64,000 bases of DNA from Marinobacter sp. (GCA_046260345.1 JBHEPI010000135.1:190-64189), one strand, 5' to 3'; positions 47,801 through 57,503 are shown, counted from the stretch's first letter. Numbers and translations are program-made. Notes: generated from the sequence alone by a model not told the origin.

Positions 47801-48331
47801 CAGGAGCGTCTGGGATCGGTGATCCCTGCAAGTCGCTGGCAGGAACGCTATGATAAGTACTGTAAGCAGACAGTTCCGGAAGGGCTGGCGGCTTATGGGG
47901 CGTCTGCAGAAAGCCGGTACTGGTTGATGGACATCATCGAGATCGGTCGCCAGTTGGGGCAGGCTCTGGAGTCTGTGGCCTGGGTTTATTTCAGTCTGGG
48001 GGAAGGTCTTAACCTGACCTGGCTGGATCGGCAAATGCTGGCCTTCAGGGCGCGTGGTCACTGGCAGGTGCTGGCGATGCTGCATTACCGTGATGAGCTG
48101 GATCATCAATTGCGGAACCTCACTTCGAGTGTGTTTTCCGTAGCACCCGGAGAGGCAGGCAAAGGGGCTTCGCCAGAGCAAATGCTTGAAACCTGGCGCA
48201 ACGATAAGCACTTGCTCCTGGCCCGTTGGCATCGGATGCTCGGAGATATGCAGGCCGCGAATGACGTGGACTGCGCCGTTTTTTCGGTGGCTCACAGCGT
48301 GCTTCGGGAGCTCGCCGCAAAGGCAAACTGA
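44819..48331 (+). CDS. gdhB: Large-type NAD-glutamate dehydrogenase, N-terminally shortened (1170 aa)
   Basis: RGGLRWSDR, KAQQVKN, VGAKGGF, AADKGTATFSD, GDAFASGGS.GYDHK, GIGDMAGDVFGNG, DNAGGVDCSDHEVNIKI. Confidence 0.9.
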   Translation: MPQPESRQQQTLLEQISEALEGEDYDSDDSRNLRDIVAAMMEESRSWDEALLLRLEEFLGKGPGKQSAGMFSGGFPSSYRSKFSVEEAVEDVQQIQSIALSSDVPMRFYQPAEHSDQELNFKLYSQGKSVILSDVIPILENLGMRVLGEHPYRIRRRDGEQFGVSDFTVQFHSRCRGADVEKAKPLLQEGFREIWNGFAENDDFNQLMMAASLGWREVSVLRAYSRYVKQLRFGFSQPFIADTLARHLDITSRLVALFNARFNPDASVAKNREVVVAGIETEILDALEAVTSLDDDRILRRFYILIKATLRTNYFQRQDTGEFIGYLSLKLDPSSIPDIPKPCPHFEVFVCSPRVEGVHLRAGPVARGGLRWSDRSEDYRTEILGLVKAQQVKNSVIVPVGAKGGFIVKRPPEDGSREAFREEGINCYQTFIRGLLDLTDNLSEGEVVPPANVVRYDGDDTYLVVAADKGTATFSDIANQLAREYGFWLGDAFASGGSEGYDHKKMGITARGAWESVKRHFLERGIDTQTEEFTVVGIGDMAGDVFGNGMLLSDRIRLIGAFNHLHVFVDPEPDAAAAFAERKRLFELPGSSWADYDEQKISTGGGVFSRAAKWIPISEQMQARLGVDAARLPPNELIKALLKAPVDMLWNGGIGTYMKAPTESHEDVGDKSNDAVRVDSHELRCSVLGEGGNLGFTQLGRIGFARAGGAANTDFIDNAGGVDCSDHEVNIKILLNEQVRRGQMALEQRNQMLRAMTAEVSELVLRNNYRQAMALCLAQNSAVASMDEYERLMRRLEAEGKLDRALEFLPDDDELKERRGISSGLTRPELSVLISYAKIELKQALLNTRIVHDDRFARALYSAFPASLLEHFPEAIDAHPLRAEISATQIANDMVNRMGISWADKLRNATGADSGRIAAAYLISLQIHDVESQWTAIEELDGRISPDIQAELFTDVIRLVTRSTSWLLHNRRRDLDPTSCVSSYQQPLAEVLVSQERLGSVIPASRWQERYDKYCKQTVPEGLAAYGASAESRYWLMDIIEIGRQLGQALESVAWVYFSLGEGLNLTWLDRQMLAFRARGHWQVLAMLHYRDELDHQLRNLTSSVFSVAPGEAGKGASPEQMLETWRNDKHLLLARWHRMLGDMQAANDVDCAVFSVAHSVLRELAAKAN

Positions 48332-48500
48332 TTTTTCAGGTCAGTAAATTCGCCTGAATACTAACCATAAGACAGTCTGAACATAAAATTATGTTCATGA
48401 AAAAAGCCTAATTAAAGCGTCTGTCTGGTTTTTACAGTCAAATAGACTTTATTGTTCCCGGTAGAATGCGGGGAAGACAAATAACTGAGAGGGTTCAACT

Positions 48501-51500
48501 ATGAGACCACAGCAATCAGAAACGCCTGAGCTCGTTGATAGCAGGCAGGCCGTTCGTGATTACTACCTGGCCGATGAATACACAGTCATCAGTGAGATGA
48601 TTGCTGGCGCTCAGTTGACTCAGGAAGAAAGGCAAGCAATTTCCGCCCGTGCAGCAGAACTGGTGCGCAATGTCCGTAGAAACGCCAAGTCCACGATTAT
48701 GGAGAAGTTTCTGGCCGAGTACGGGCTGACCACCAAAGAAGGTGTGGCTCTAATGTGTCTGGCCGAGGCGCTTTTGCGGGTGCCGGACAGCACAACCATC
48801 AACGACCTGATCGAGGACAAGATCACTTCTGGTGAATGGGGTGACCACCGGGGCAAGGCCGCCTCTTCACTAATCAATACAGCGACTATCGCCCTGCTGA
48901 TGACGAGTAACCTGCTCAAGGATTCCGAGCGTCAGGGCGTGGGTGAAACCCTCCGTAAACTGCTCAAACGGATGGGCGAACCGGTGATTCGTGTGGTTGC
49001 GGGTCAGGCCATGAAAGAAATGGGGCGGCAATTTGTGCTCGGGCGCGACATCAAAGAAGCCCAGAAAGCCGGTGAAGACTACATGAAGAAGGGCTACACC
49101 TATTCCTATGACATGCTCGGGGAGGCGGCCCGCACGGATCACGATGCCCAGCGTTACTACAATTCCTACTCCGACGCTATCGATAGTATCGCCAGGCATT
49201 GCAGTGGTGACGTTCGCAAGAACCCGGGCATTTCCGTCAAGCTCTCTGCGCTGCTTGCAAGGTATGAATATGGCAACAAAGAGCGGGTAATGAAGGAGCT
49301 CGTGCCAAGAGCAAAACGGCTGGTCAAGAAAGCCGCGGCTGCCAATATGGGCTTTAATATCGATGCCGAAGAGCAGGACCGGCTGGACCTCTCAATGGAC
49401 ATCATCGAGGTTCTGCTGAGTGACCCGGAACTGGCAGGCTGGAATGGTTTTGGCGTGGTCGTTCAGGCGTACGGCAAGCGTGCGTCATTCATGCTGGACT
49501 GGCTATACGGGCTGGCTGAAAAATACGACCGTCGCATCATGGTGCGGCTGGTTAAAGGTGCCTACTGGGACGCTGAAATCAAGCGCGCCCAGGTGATGGG
49601 CCTGGACGGATTCCCTGTGTTCACTCGCAAGGCCTGCAGTGATGTGTCTTTCCTGTCCTGTTCCACCAAACTGTTGAACATGACCGATCGAATTTATCCG
49701 CAGTTCGCGACTCACAATGCGCACTCCGTGTCGGCTATTCTGGAGCTGGCCAGGGTACGTGGTGAAGCCAACTACGAGTTCCAGCGCCTGCACGGAATGG
49801 GTGAGTCCCTGCATGCCCAGGTAATGAAAGAGAGCGGTGTACCCTGCCGGATCTATGCGCCGGTTGGCCCTCATCGCGAACTGCTGGCGTATCTGGTGCG
49901 CCGTCTGCTGGAAAACGGTGCTAACAGTTCCTTCGTGAACCAGATTGTGGACACCAGTATTACCCCAGAACAGATTGCGAAAGACCCGATCGACTCGGTC
50001 AGGGAAATGGGCAAAAACATTTCCAGCGACGCAATTGTGCATCCGTTCAGGATCTTTGGTGAGAATCGTCGCAACTCCAAAGGCTGGGACATCACTGATC
50101 CGGTGGCGATAGAGGCCATTGAAAAGGGCCGTGGTGCGTACAAGGAGCATCACTGGAAAGGTGGGCCACTGATTGCCGGTAAAGTATCGGGTACCGAAGT
50201 ACAGGTGGTGCGCAACCCGGCCAACCCGGATGACCTGGTTGGCCACGTGACATGGGCCGACGAGGCGGATGTTGACACCGCCATCACGGCGGCCAACAAA
50301 GGCTTTGAATCCTGGTCGCAGGTCCCTGTGGAAGAGCGTGCAGCCATGCTGAGAAAGGTGGCGGATCTCTACGAGGAGAACACCTACGAGCTGTTTGCAC
50401 TGACCTGTCGCGAGGCAGGCAAGTCGTTGTCGGACGCCGTGGCTGAGATTCGGGAAGCGGTGGACTTTGCGCACTTCTACGCCAATGAAGGTGTTCGCTA
50501 CAAGGACAGTGGTGAGGCTCGCGGAGCCATCGTCTGTATCTCGCCCTGGAACTTTCCGCTGGCTATCTTCACCGGCCAGATTCTGGCCAACCTCGTGGCG
50601 GGGAATACGGTGCTGGCCAAACCCGCAGAACAGACATCACTGCTGGCGGTGAGAGCTGTCGAACTGATGCATCAGGCCGGTATCCCCAAGGATGTCATAC
50701 AGTTGGTGCCGGGCACCGGCGCCACCGTAGGTGCAGGACTGACCTCGGATTCCCGCGTATCCGGGGTCTGTTTCACCGGTTCCACCATGACGGCCAAGGT
50801 CATCGACAGGGCCATGACAGAAAATATGGAGCCGGATGCGGTGATGGTGGCAGAAACCGGTGGTCTGAACGCCATGATCGTGGATTCCACCGCACTGCCG
50901 GAGCAGGTTGTCCGGGATGTGCTGGCCTCTTCATTCCAAAGCGCTGGTCAGCGGTGCTCGGCGCTGCGCATGCTGTACGTGCAGAAAGATATTGCCGATA
51001 GCCTGCTGAACATGCTTTATGGCGCGATGGAAGAATTGGGCATTGGTGATCCCTGGCTACTGTCGACGGATGTCGGCCCGGTCATCGACGATCCATCGGC
51101 AAAGAAAATCATCGATCACTGCAAGAAGTTTGAGAACAAGGGCCAGCTGCTGAAGAAGCTGTCGATACCCCACACGGGCAACTTTGTGTCTCCTGCGGTG
51201 CTCAGGGTGAACGGCATTGAGGATATGGAAGAAGAGATTTTCGGCCCGGTACTGCATGTGGCGACCTTTGATGCGAAAGATATTGATAAGGTTGTGGACG
51301 ACATTAATGCCAAGGGCTACGGCCTGACATTCGGTATTCACAGCCGGGTTGACCGCCGGGTTGATCGCATCGCCAGTCGCATCAAGGTGGGTAATACCTA
51401 CGTTAACCGGAACCAGATCGGAGCCATCGTCGGTTCCCAGCCGTTCGGCGGCGAAGGTCTGTCAGGTACCGGTCCGAAAGCGGGCGGTCCCCAGTACGTG

Positions 51501-52130
51501 CGTCGATTTATGAAAGGCGAAGCAGATCAGCGTACGACGGAATCCGGCGGTGAAAAGGTGGATGCCAAGAAGCTGAAGAACCTGATTGGCAAGCTTGACA
51601 AAATGAACACCCAGGAGCCGAAAGTGCGGATCGAGACCATGAAGAAGGTCTTTGACTCGGTCCCGGAGCCACTGGACGCTCAGGCTGAGGAAATGCCGGG
51701 GCCAACCGGTGAGAGCAACATTCTGACCAACCACGCCCGCGGCACGGTGCTGTGTCTTGGCCCGGATAAGGAAACAGCCGTCGAGCAGATGGCCATGGCT
51801 CTTGCACAGGGCAACAAGGCGGTGGTGATTGCGCTGGATGTCAGTGACATGGTGGATCGCGCCGCCAGGGCGGGCTTACCGGTGGTCGGTATGGAAGGCC
51901 GCCTGGAAGCGGATGCCGTTGAAACGGTTGACGGTTTCGAGGCTATTGTCAGCTGTGCCAAGCCGACGTTCCTGAAACCCTACCGCCTGGCGCTGATGAA
52001 GCGTGACGGAGCGCTGCTGCCGCTGATCACAGAGCACAAACTGGATCAGCGGTACGTGATCGAGCGTCACCTCTGTGTGGATACTACCGCAGCCGGTGGT
52101 AACGCCAGCCTGATCGCGGCCTCCGAATAG
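48501..52130 (+). CDS. putA: Bifunctional proline dehydrogenase / P5C dehydrogenase
   Basis: SYDMLGE, IDAEE, RLVKGAYWD, FATHN, RRLLENGAN, ETGG, GQRCSA, EEIFGP; no N-terminal RHH domain. Confidence 0.97.
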   Translation: MRPQQSETPELVDSRQAVRDYYLADEYTVISEMIAGAQLTQEERQAISARAAELVRNVRRNAKSTIMEKFLAEYGLTTKEGVALMCLAEALLRVPDSTTINDLIEDKITSGEWGDHRGKAASSLINTATIALLMTSNLLKDSERQGVGETLRKLLKRMGEPVIRVVAGQAMKEMGRQFVLGRDIKEAQKAGEDYMKKGYTYSYDMLGEAARTDHDAQRYYNSYSDAIDSIARHCSGDVRKNPGISVKLSALLARYEYGNKERVMKELVPRAKRLVKKAAAANMGFNIDAEEQDRLDLSMDIIEVLLSDPELAGWNGFGVVVQAYGKRASFMLDWLYGLAEKYDRRIMVRLVKGAYWDAEIKRAQVMGLDGFPVFTRKACSDVSFLSCSTKLLNMTDRIYPQFATHNAHSVSAILELARVRGEANYEFQRLHGMGESLHAQVMKESGVPCRIYAPVGPHRELLAYLVRRLLENGANSSFVNQIVDTSITPEQIAKDPIDSVREMGKNISSDAIVHPFRIFGENRRNSKGWDITDPVAIEAIEKGRGAYKEHHWKGGPLIAGKVSGTEVQVVRNPANPDDLVGHVTWADEADVDTAITAANKGFESWSQVPVEERAAMLRKVADLYEENTYELFALTCREAGKSLSDAVAEIREAVDFAHFYANEGVRYKDSGEARGAIVCISPWNFPLAIFTGQILANLVAGNTVLAKPAEQTSLLAVRAVELMHQAGIPKDVIQLVPGTGATVGAGLTSDSRVSGVCFTGSTMTAKVIDRAMTENMEPDAVMVAETGGLNAMIVDSTALPEQVVRDVLASSFQSAGQRCSALRMLYVQKDIADSLLNMLYGAMEELGIGDPWLLSTDVGPVIDDPSAKKIIDHCKKFENKGQLLKKLSIPHTGNFVSPAVLRVNGIEDMEEEIFGPVLHVATFDAKDIDKVVDDINAKGYGLTFGIHSRVDRRVDRIASRIKVGNTYVNRNQIGAIVGSQPFGGEGLSGTGPKAGGPQYVRRFMKGEADQRTTESGGEKVDAKKLKNLIGKLDKMNTQEPKVRIETMKKVFDSVPEPLDAQAEEMPGPTGESNILTNHARGTVLCLGPDKETAVEQMAMALAQGNKAVVIALDVSDMVDRAARAGLPVVGMEGRLEADAVETVDGFEAIVSCAKPTFLKPYRLALMKRDGALLPLITEHKLDQRYVIERHLCVDTTAAGGNASLIAASE

Positions 52131-52242
52131 CGATTGATTGGCCGGATCGCCCTCAGGGAAGAGGGTGGTTGAGATGACGGACTTCGTCCTCATTGCGGCT
52201 GTCCTCGCGGTTCCGAGTGGCGGTACAAGTTTATTGTCGTCT

Positions 52243-53589
52243 TCAGGTTTGCTGGGATACAGGCTCTTCAGTCAGGCGCTTACCTGACCAGTTTTCCATA
52301 AGCCGGCAGGTAACAAGATCGCCGGTAACGTTAATAGCCGTGCGACACATATCCAGAATCCGATCCACGCCCATGATCAAGGCAATGCCGCTGGGCGGAA
52401 TGCCAACGGTCTGCAGCACCATTGCCAGAATGACGATGCCCACGCCCGGTGTGGCAGGTGAGCCGATGGAGGCGCCCACAGCCATGGCCACGACCAGTGC
52501 CATACTGCCCATGCTGAGATCAATGCCGTAGACCTGTGCCAGGAAAACCGTCGCTACAGCCTGATACAGCGCCGTGCCATTCATGTTGATGGTTGCGCCG
52601 AGGGGAATCACGAACTGGGAGACCGAGGGCCGCACCCCAAGCTTGTCTTCAGCAGTACGAATTGACAGCGGCATCACCGCTGCAGAGCTTGAGGTTGAAA
52701 ACGCGAGTAGCAAAACGTCGCGGCTGTCCTTGATGAACTGCACAGGGGGTTGGCCAGCCAGAAGCTTCAGGATCAGCATGTACAGCCCAAGCAAAAGCAG
52801 TAAACCCACCAGAACGGTTACAACATAAGAAGCCATGCCCATCATGGCCTGGAAGCCAATAGTGGTAGTGAGCTGTGCCATAAGCCCGAACACCGCATAG
52901 GGCGCCAGCCGCATGGCCCAGCGCACTACCGTCATGCAGACCTGTTGCAGGGAGTCCAGCAGGTCCAGCAAGGGGCGGGATTTCTCCGGAGCCATACTGA
53001 CCAGAGCAATGCCGACAATGATGGAGAAAATCACCACCTGCAGCATCTGGCCCTCGACCATGGCGTCCAGCGGATTACCGGGAAGCAGGCCAATCAGGGT
53101 TCTGGGAAGTTCGTCCACACTCGGCATGGTTGCTGCGGCGTTTGTACCTTCTCCGGCCGGGACAGTGTTTGCGAGGCCAGTCATCATGCTGCCGGGATTC
53201 ATCAGGCTGCCAACCCAGAGCCCGATGGATGCGGCGATGGCGGTGGTGATGACGAAGAAGCCGGTCACCCGCAGCCCCATTTTCCGGAGCTGATCCAGAT
53301 CCTCGCTGGCGGCGAGCCCACGGACGACGGAGGCGATGACCAGGGGAATCACGATCATCTGGATGGTGGCCAGGAACAGCTGGCCCGGGAACGCCAGCCA
53401 GTTGCCTATGAGAGTGCCCGTTTCGGGCTCCACCAGACCAACTGAGGGCCCCAGTAAAGTGCCCGTGACCAGGCCCAGGAACATTCCCACCAATACTTTC
53501 AGCCAGAGTCGTCCCTGTACAAGCCCGGACAGGTAACTGCTCAGATGCCGTAGCGGTCTGGGGTAATAGTTCGAGCTGTTTTCAGTCAT
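52243..53589 (-). CDS. Dicarboxylate/amino acid:cation symporter (DAACS)
   Basis: AFSTSSS, PLGATINMNGT, VDRILDMCRT..NV.GD. Confidence 0.93.
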   Translation of the reverse strand: MTENSSNYYPRPLRHLSSYLSGLVQGRLWLKVLVGMFLGLVTGTLLGPSVGLVEPETGTLIGNWLAFPGQLFLATIQMIVIPLVIASVVRGLAASEDLDQLRKMGLRVTGFFVITTAIAASIGLWVGSLMNPGSMMTGLANTVPAGEGTNAAATMPSVDELPRTLIGLLPGNPLDAMVEGQMLQVVIFSIIVGIALVSMAPEKSRPLLDLLDSLQQVCMTVVRWAMRLAPYAVFGLMAQLTTTIGFQAMMGMASYVVTVLVGLLLLLGLYMLILKLLAGQPPVQFIKDSRDVLLLAFSTSSSAAVMPLSIRTAEDKLGVRPSVSQFVIPLGATINMNGTALYQAVATVFLAQVYGIDLSMGSMALVVAMAVGASIGSPATPGVGIVILAMVLQTVGIPPSGIALIMGVDRILDMCRTAINVTGDLVTCRLMENWSGKRLTEEPVSQQT

Positions 53590-53602
53590 GGTCAGGCCTT
53601 TA

Positions 53603-54295
53603 TCAGACGGAGTTGATCTCCGTTTCTGTCAGCAGGCGGCTGGCGCCGGGTGTCAGGCTGTCATCAAGGCAAATATTGCCCATACTCTCTCTGTGAAGTG
53701 TAGTTACTCGATTGCCGACCGCATGAAACATGCGCTTCACCTGGTGATACCGGCCCTCGTAAATCGTAATTCTCGCCTCCCGCTCACCAAGCAGTTCGAG
53801 CCCGGCGGGTGACGTTCTGAGCTGCTCGAACTGGAACCAGATGCCTTCCGTGAACCGCTCTGCAGTCTCCGGTGTGATCGCACTGGCGGTGGCGACCCTG
53901 TACACCTTGGGTATCCTGATTTCCGGCTCGGTCAGCCGGCGCGACCAGGTGCCATTATTGGTGAGAATTAATAAGCCGGTGCTTGCCCGGTCCAGCCGCC
54001 CGGCAATATGAAGGCCGTTGTGGAGGCTCGGGTCGATCAGCTCCATTACGGTTTTGTGAACCTTATCCGCTGTGGCGCTGAGGTATCCCGCGGGCTTGTG
54101 CAGCATGAGATAGCAGGCCTGCTCACTCGGCTGGATGACGCGACTATCGCAGGTTACCGTCGAAAAACGGTCCACTTCACGCGCTGCTTCCCTGCAGGTC
54201 ACGCCATCCACGGTTACTGCCGCTGCGGCGATCAGCGCATTGGCCTGCTTGCGGCTGACATCGTTTTGATTACTGAGAATTCGGGAAAGCTTCAT
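53603..54295 (-). CDS. rsuA: RsuA-family pseudouridine synthase
   Basis: S4 domain, HKPAGY, GRLD, EGRYHQVKRMF. Confidence 0.85.
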   Translation of the reverse strand: MKLSRILSNQNDVSRKQANALIAAAAVTVDGVTCREAAREVDRFSTVTCDSRVIQPSEQACYLMLHKPAGYLSATADKVHKTVMELIDPSLHNGLHIAGRLDRASTGLLILTNNGTWSRRLTEPEIRIPKVYRVATASAITPETAERFTEGIWFQFEQLRTSPAGLELLGEREARITIYEGRYHQVKRMFHAVGNRVTTLHRESMGNICLDDSLTPGASRLLTETEINSV

Positions 54296-54369
54296 AGGGT
54301 CAATGGTATAGTCTTGTCAGACCTTCTGCGTTTAAACGACGATATCCATAATCGGTTGATGATAGCACT

Positions 54370-55071
54370 GTGGCTCGACATTCTTTGATCCGAACATCTC
54401 TGAGAGCGTTTGCCTGGGCCCTGGTGGGGCTTTTGTTGCTGGTAATCGCAGCGATTCTGCTTTTTCGGTTCGTCAATCCGTCCACATCCGCTTTTATGCT
54501 CGGCCACCTGCTGTCCGGCTCTGGCCAGGAAATGAGGCAGGAATGGGTCAGCCTGGATGATATCTCACCCTGGGTGCCGCTGGCGGTAGTGGCCAGTGAA
54601 GATCAGCGTTTTCCGCACCACCACGGTGTCGATTTTGGGGCTATTCGTAAAGCTTTGTCGGAGTACCAGGCGGGGCACGGTTTGCGGGGCGCCAGTACGA
54701 TCACACAACAGACTGCGAAAAACCTGTTTCTGTGGAACGGGCGCAGCTTTCTGCGCAAGGCGCTGGAGGCGGGGCTGGCTTTGGGCATTGATGGGCTCTG
54801 GCCCAAGCGGCGGATTATCGAGGTGTATCTGAATATCGCCGAGTTTGGCCACGGAGTCTATGGCGTTGAGGCTGCCAGCCGACTTTATTTCGGCATTCCT
54901 GCCGGTCAGTTGTCTCAAACCCAGTCGGCCCGGCTTGCAGCAGTCCTTCCCAACCCCAAAGCGCTCAGTGCCGCTAACCCCTCGGCCTACGTTTGGGAGC
55001 GGGTGGCGTGGATCCGTGGGCAGATGGCACAGCTCTCGGGGTTGCGTTATCTGCATGGCCTGTATAATTGA
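54370..55071 (+). CDS. mtgA: Monofunctional peptidoglycan transglycosylase
   Basis: EDQRF..H.G, GASTITQQTAKNL, RK.LE, KRRIIEVYLN. Confidence 0.95.
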   Translation: MARHSLIRTSLRAFAWALVGLLLLVIAAILLFRFVNPSTSAFMLGHLLSGSGQEMRQEWVSLDDISPWVPLAVVASEDQRFPHHHGVDFGAIRKALSEYQAGHGLRGASTITQQTAKNLFLWNGRSFLRKALEAGLALGIDGLWPKRRIIEVYLNIAEFGHGVYGVEAASRLYFGIPAGQLSQTQSARLAAVLPNPKALSAANPSAYVWERVAWIRGQMAQLSGLRYLHGLYN

Positions 55072-55104
55072 GCGCTTTGGTCCCTTCAACGTGAGATTAC
55101 GTCT

Positions 55105-55734
55105 GTGTTGTCATTGAACCTGGCCCTGTTGTCTGCCTTTATCCCGACGTTTTTCGTGGTGTCCATTACCCCGGGAATGTGTATGACCCTGGCGCTGTCT
55201 CTGGGCATTACCATCGGGGTGAAGCGTGCACTGTGGATGATGGCGGGCGAACTCGCTGGGGTTGCTCTGGTTGCCACGGCCGCGGCAGTGGGTGTGGCAA
55301 CTTTCATGCTGAAATACCCGACAGCCTTTGCAGTGTTCAAGTACGCCGGAGGTGCCTACCTGGCATGGCTCGGCATCCAGATGTGGTTGTCCAGGGGTAA
55401 AATGGCAATGCCGGACGAAAACTCGGAGCCGGTTGAAAGCTCACGTCTGCAATTGGCGCTCCAGGGGTTTGTGACGGCGATTGCCAACCCCAAGGGCTGG
55501 GCTTTTTTTATCGCACTGCTGCCTCCGTTTATCGACAGCAAACTGCCGATGGCGCCGCAACTGACAGCGCTGATCCTGATTATCCTGGGCCTTGAATTTT
55601 TCTGCCTGCAGCTCTATGCCCACGGAGGCAAGACGTTGCGCAAGGCCTTGAAACAGGGCGGGGGCGTTCGCACGGTCAACCGGGTGGCTGGCAGCCTGAT
55701 GGTAGTGGTGGGAGCGTGGCTGGCGTTTGGTTAG
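55105..55734 (+). CDS. LysE/RhtB family exporter
   Basis: TPG, GGAYL.WLG, NPKG..FF..LLP.F. Confidence 0.92.
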   Translation: MLSLNLALLSAFIPTFFVVSITPGMCMTLALSLGITIGVKRALWMMAGELAGVALVATAAAVGVATFMLKYPTAFAVFKYAGGAYLAWLGIQMWLSRGKMAMPDENSEPVESSRLQLALQGFVTAIANPKGWAFFIALLPPFIDSKLPMAPQLTALILIILGLEFFCLQLYAHGGKTLRKALKQGGGVRTVNRVAGSLMVVVGAWLAFG

Positions 55735-56432
55735 TTGCGGGCATATCGCTCATGAAGAATACCAACCCGCTCCACATAAGCGCGGGTTTCGGCATAGGGC
55801 GGTATGCCACCATGGCGCCCGACCGCGCCCGGACCGGCATTGTAGGCAGCCGTCGCCAGTTTGATATCTCCGTCAAAGCGTCTGAGCATGCGGGCCAGGT
55901 AATTGACGCCGCCGCGGATGTTTTCCGGGGCAGCCATGGCATTGCGGACACCCAGTTCTCTGGCTGTGGCAGGCATTAACTGCATCAGGCCCTGGGCGCC
56001 TTTGGGAGAAAGCGCCTTTGCGTTAAAGGCAGACTCGGCATGAATGACCGCCCGTACCAGAGCCGGATCCACTTCAAACTCATTGGCGGCGAATCTTATT
56101 TCTTTACGGTAGGGTTTCAGATAGAGAGGGGTTTTGCGCCAGTCAATGTTGGAATCCGGGTCGCAGGCGTAGCATTCGAAGCGGATAACATCGAAGTCCG
56201 CACTGGACGGTTGAATGCCACTGTAGGTGGCCACGCCATTATCGTCCTTGTAACGGTATACCACTTCATCCTTTGTCGAGGCTCTCTTCTGGCCGCTGTC
56301 GTTTACGTTGGTGTACTCGACGGTTCCATCCGGGTGAACGATGCGTTTGACATCATCTGCTACGACGGGGCCATTAATGGCTATCAGCAGAAGTGCCAGC
56401 GATGAGGTTAAAAAAATTGTACCGCTTGTCAT
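55731..56432 (-). CDS. SLT lytic transglycosylase with DUF4124-like N-terminal domain
   Basis: AVIHAES, GAQGLMQLMP, AAYNAG, ETRAYV. Confidence 0.92.
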   Translation of the reverse strand: MTSGTIFLTSSLALLLIAINGPVVADDVKRIVHPDGTVEYTNVNDSGQKRASTKDEVVYRYKDDNGVATYSGIQPSSADFDVIRFECYACDPDSNIDWRKTPLYLKPYRKEIRFAANEFEVDPALVRAVIHAESAFNAKALSPKGAQGLMQLMPATARELGVRNAMAAPENIRGGVNYLARMLRRFDGDIKLATAAYNAGPGAVGRHGGIPPYAETRAYVERVGILHERYARN

Positions 56433-56460
56433 TGTTCACTCTTTGCGTGATTGATACGGG

Positions 56461-56718
56461 ATGGCTACCCTTCACCCAGCTATTCTGCTTGGAATTATAC
56501 GTGCTAGTGCCTCTGAAAAAAGCGCCCGGTTTGTCGGAAAAATGTTACTTTTCGAGTATTGCCTTCCAGTTCTCATTTGCCAATGCTGTCTTGCTTGCGT
56601 CAACGCTGGAAAGCACCTGATCAGGCAGTCCCGGTATCAGTACATGGCACTGCGCCGGGGTTTCATGGGTCTGGAAACCTGGCTCGCATGGGCGGATCAA
56701 GTACAGGATATGCTTTGA
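56461..56718 (+). pseudogene. Degenerate PadR/AphA-family regulator remnant
   Basis: C-terminus RYQYMALRRGFMGLETWLAWADQV resembles the AphA-type C-terminal helix; N-terminus MATLHPAILL weakly resembles a PadR start; winged HTH core absent. Confidence 0.45.
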
Positions 56719-56761
56719 AAGTGAATTCTATCGATTCCCTCGGATGCATACGGAGGCATGC

Positions 56762-57298
56762 ATGCCATTCAAGTTTCCCGGCAGTACTATTAATATTGTA
56801 CTTATCGGTATGCCGGGCAGTGGCAAAAGCACAGTGGGCGTTTTACTGGCCAAGCGGCTTGGGTTGGGCTTTACCGATACGGATCTGCTTATTCAGCAGG
56901 AAGCTGGCCGCAACCTGCAGGACATTGTTGATGGTGAAGGCTATCAGGCGCTCCGGCGAATAGAAGAGCGGGTGCTGCTCAGGCTGGATGTGCGCTGTCA
57001 GGTGATATCTACGGGTGGCAGTGCTGTGTACAGTGAACCGGCAATGCGTCATTTGAAGGCCACGGGGATTGTTGTGTTTCTTGATATCCCGCTGGAGGAG
57101 GTGCTTGAGCGTATTGGGGATTACAGTGCGCGAGGTATTTCAAGGCGTCCGGACCAGTCGCTGGAGGAGTTGTTCAGTGAGCGACTCAAACTCTATTCCC
57201 GGTTTGCTGATATAACAATAAAGTGTGTTGGCAGAAATCAGGAAGAGGTTTGTGATGCAACAGTGAAGGCGGTGGTAAAGGCCCGGAAAACACGTTGA
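56762..57298 (+). CDS. Shikimate-kinase-family kinase
   Basis: IGMPGSGKST, DTD, STGGS motifs. Confidence 0.88.
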   Translation: MPFKFPGSTINIVLIGMPGSGKSTVGVLLAKRLGLGFTDTDLLIQQEAGRNLQDIVDGEGYQALRRIEERVLLRLDVRCQVISTGGSAVYSEPAMRHLKATGIVVFLDIPLEEVLERIGDYSARGISRRPDQSLEELFSERLKLYSRFADITIKCVGRNQEEVCDATVKAVVKARKTR

Positions 57299-57326
57299 CC
57301 TCTGGTGCTTCCGGGCATGCCTGTTC

Positions 57327-57503
57327 CTACAGTTTTGGACCCCTGCCTCGAACCGCGCCGGAAACCAGCGATACAACAAGCAGAACGAGGAAGATAAAGA
57401 ACAGAATCTTTGCAAACCCTGCGGCTGTTCCTGCGATACCGCCAAATCCGAGTACACCGGCGATAACCGCGACAATCAGGCATACTATCGACCAATAAAG
57501 CAT
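57327..57503 (-). CDS. DUF1328 (UPF0391/YtjA) small membrane protein (58 aa, absent from ORF track)
   Basis: Hand translation [58 protein letters not shown]; GGAG RBS. Confidence 0.93.
   Translation of the reverse strand: MLYWSIVCLIVAVIAGVLGFGGIAGTAAGFAKILFFIFLVLLVVSLVSGAVRGRGPKL

Noticed and set aside
49503-50474. Long antisense ORFs (323 aa here; also 25537-26460, 41628-42425, 61935-63026)
   Set aside because: They are shadows of well-supported genes, as expected from GC-rich codon bias, and carry no motifs.
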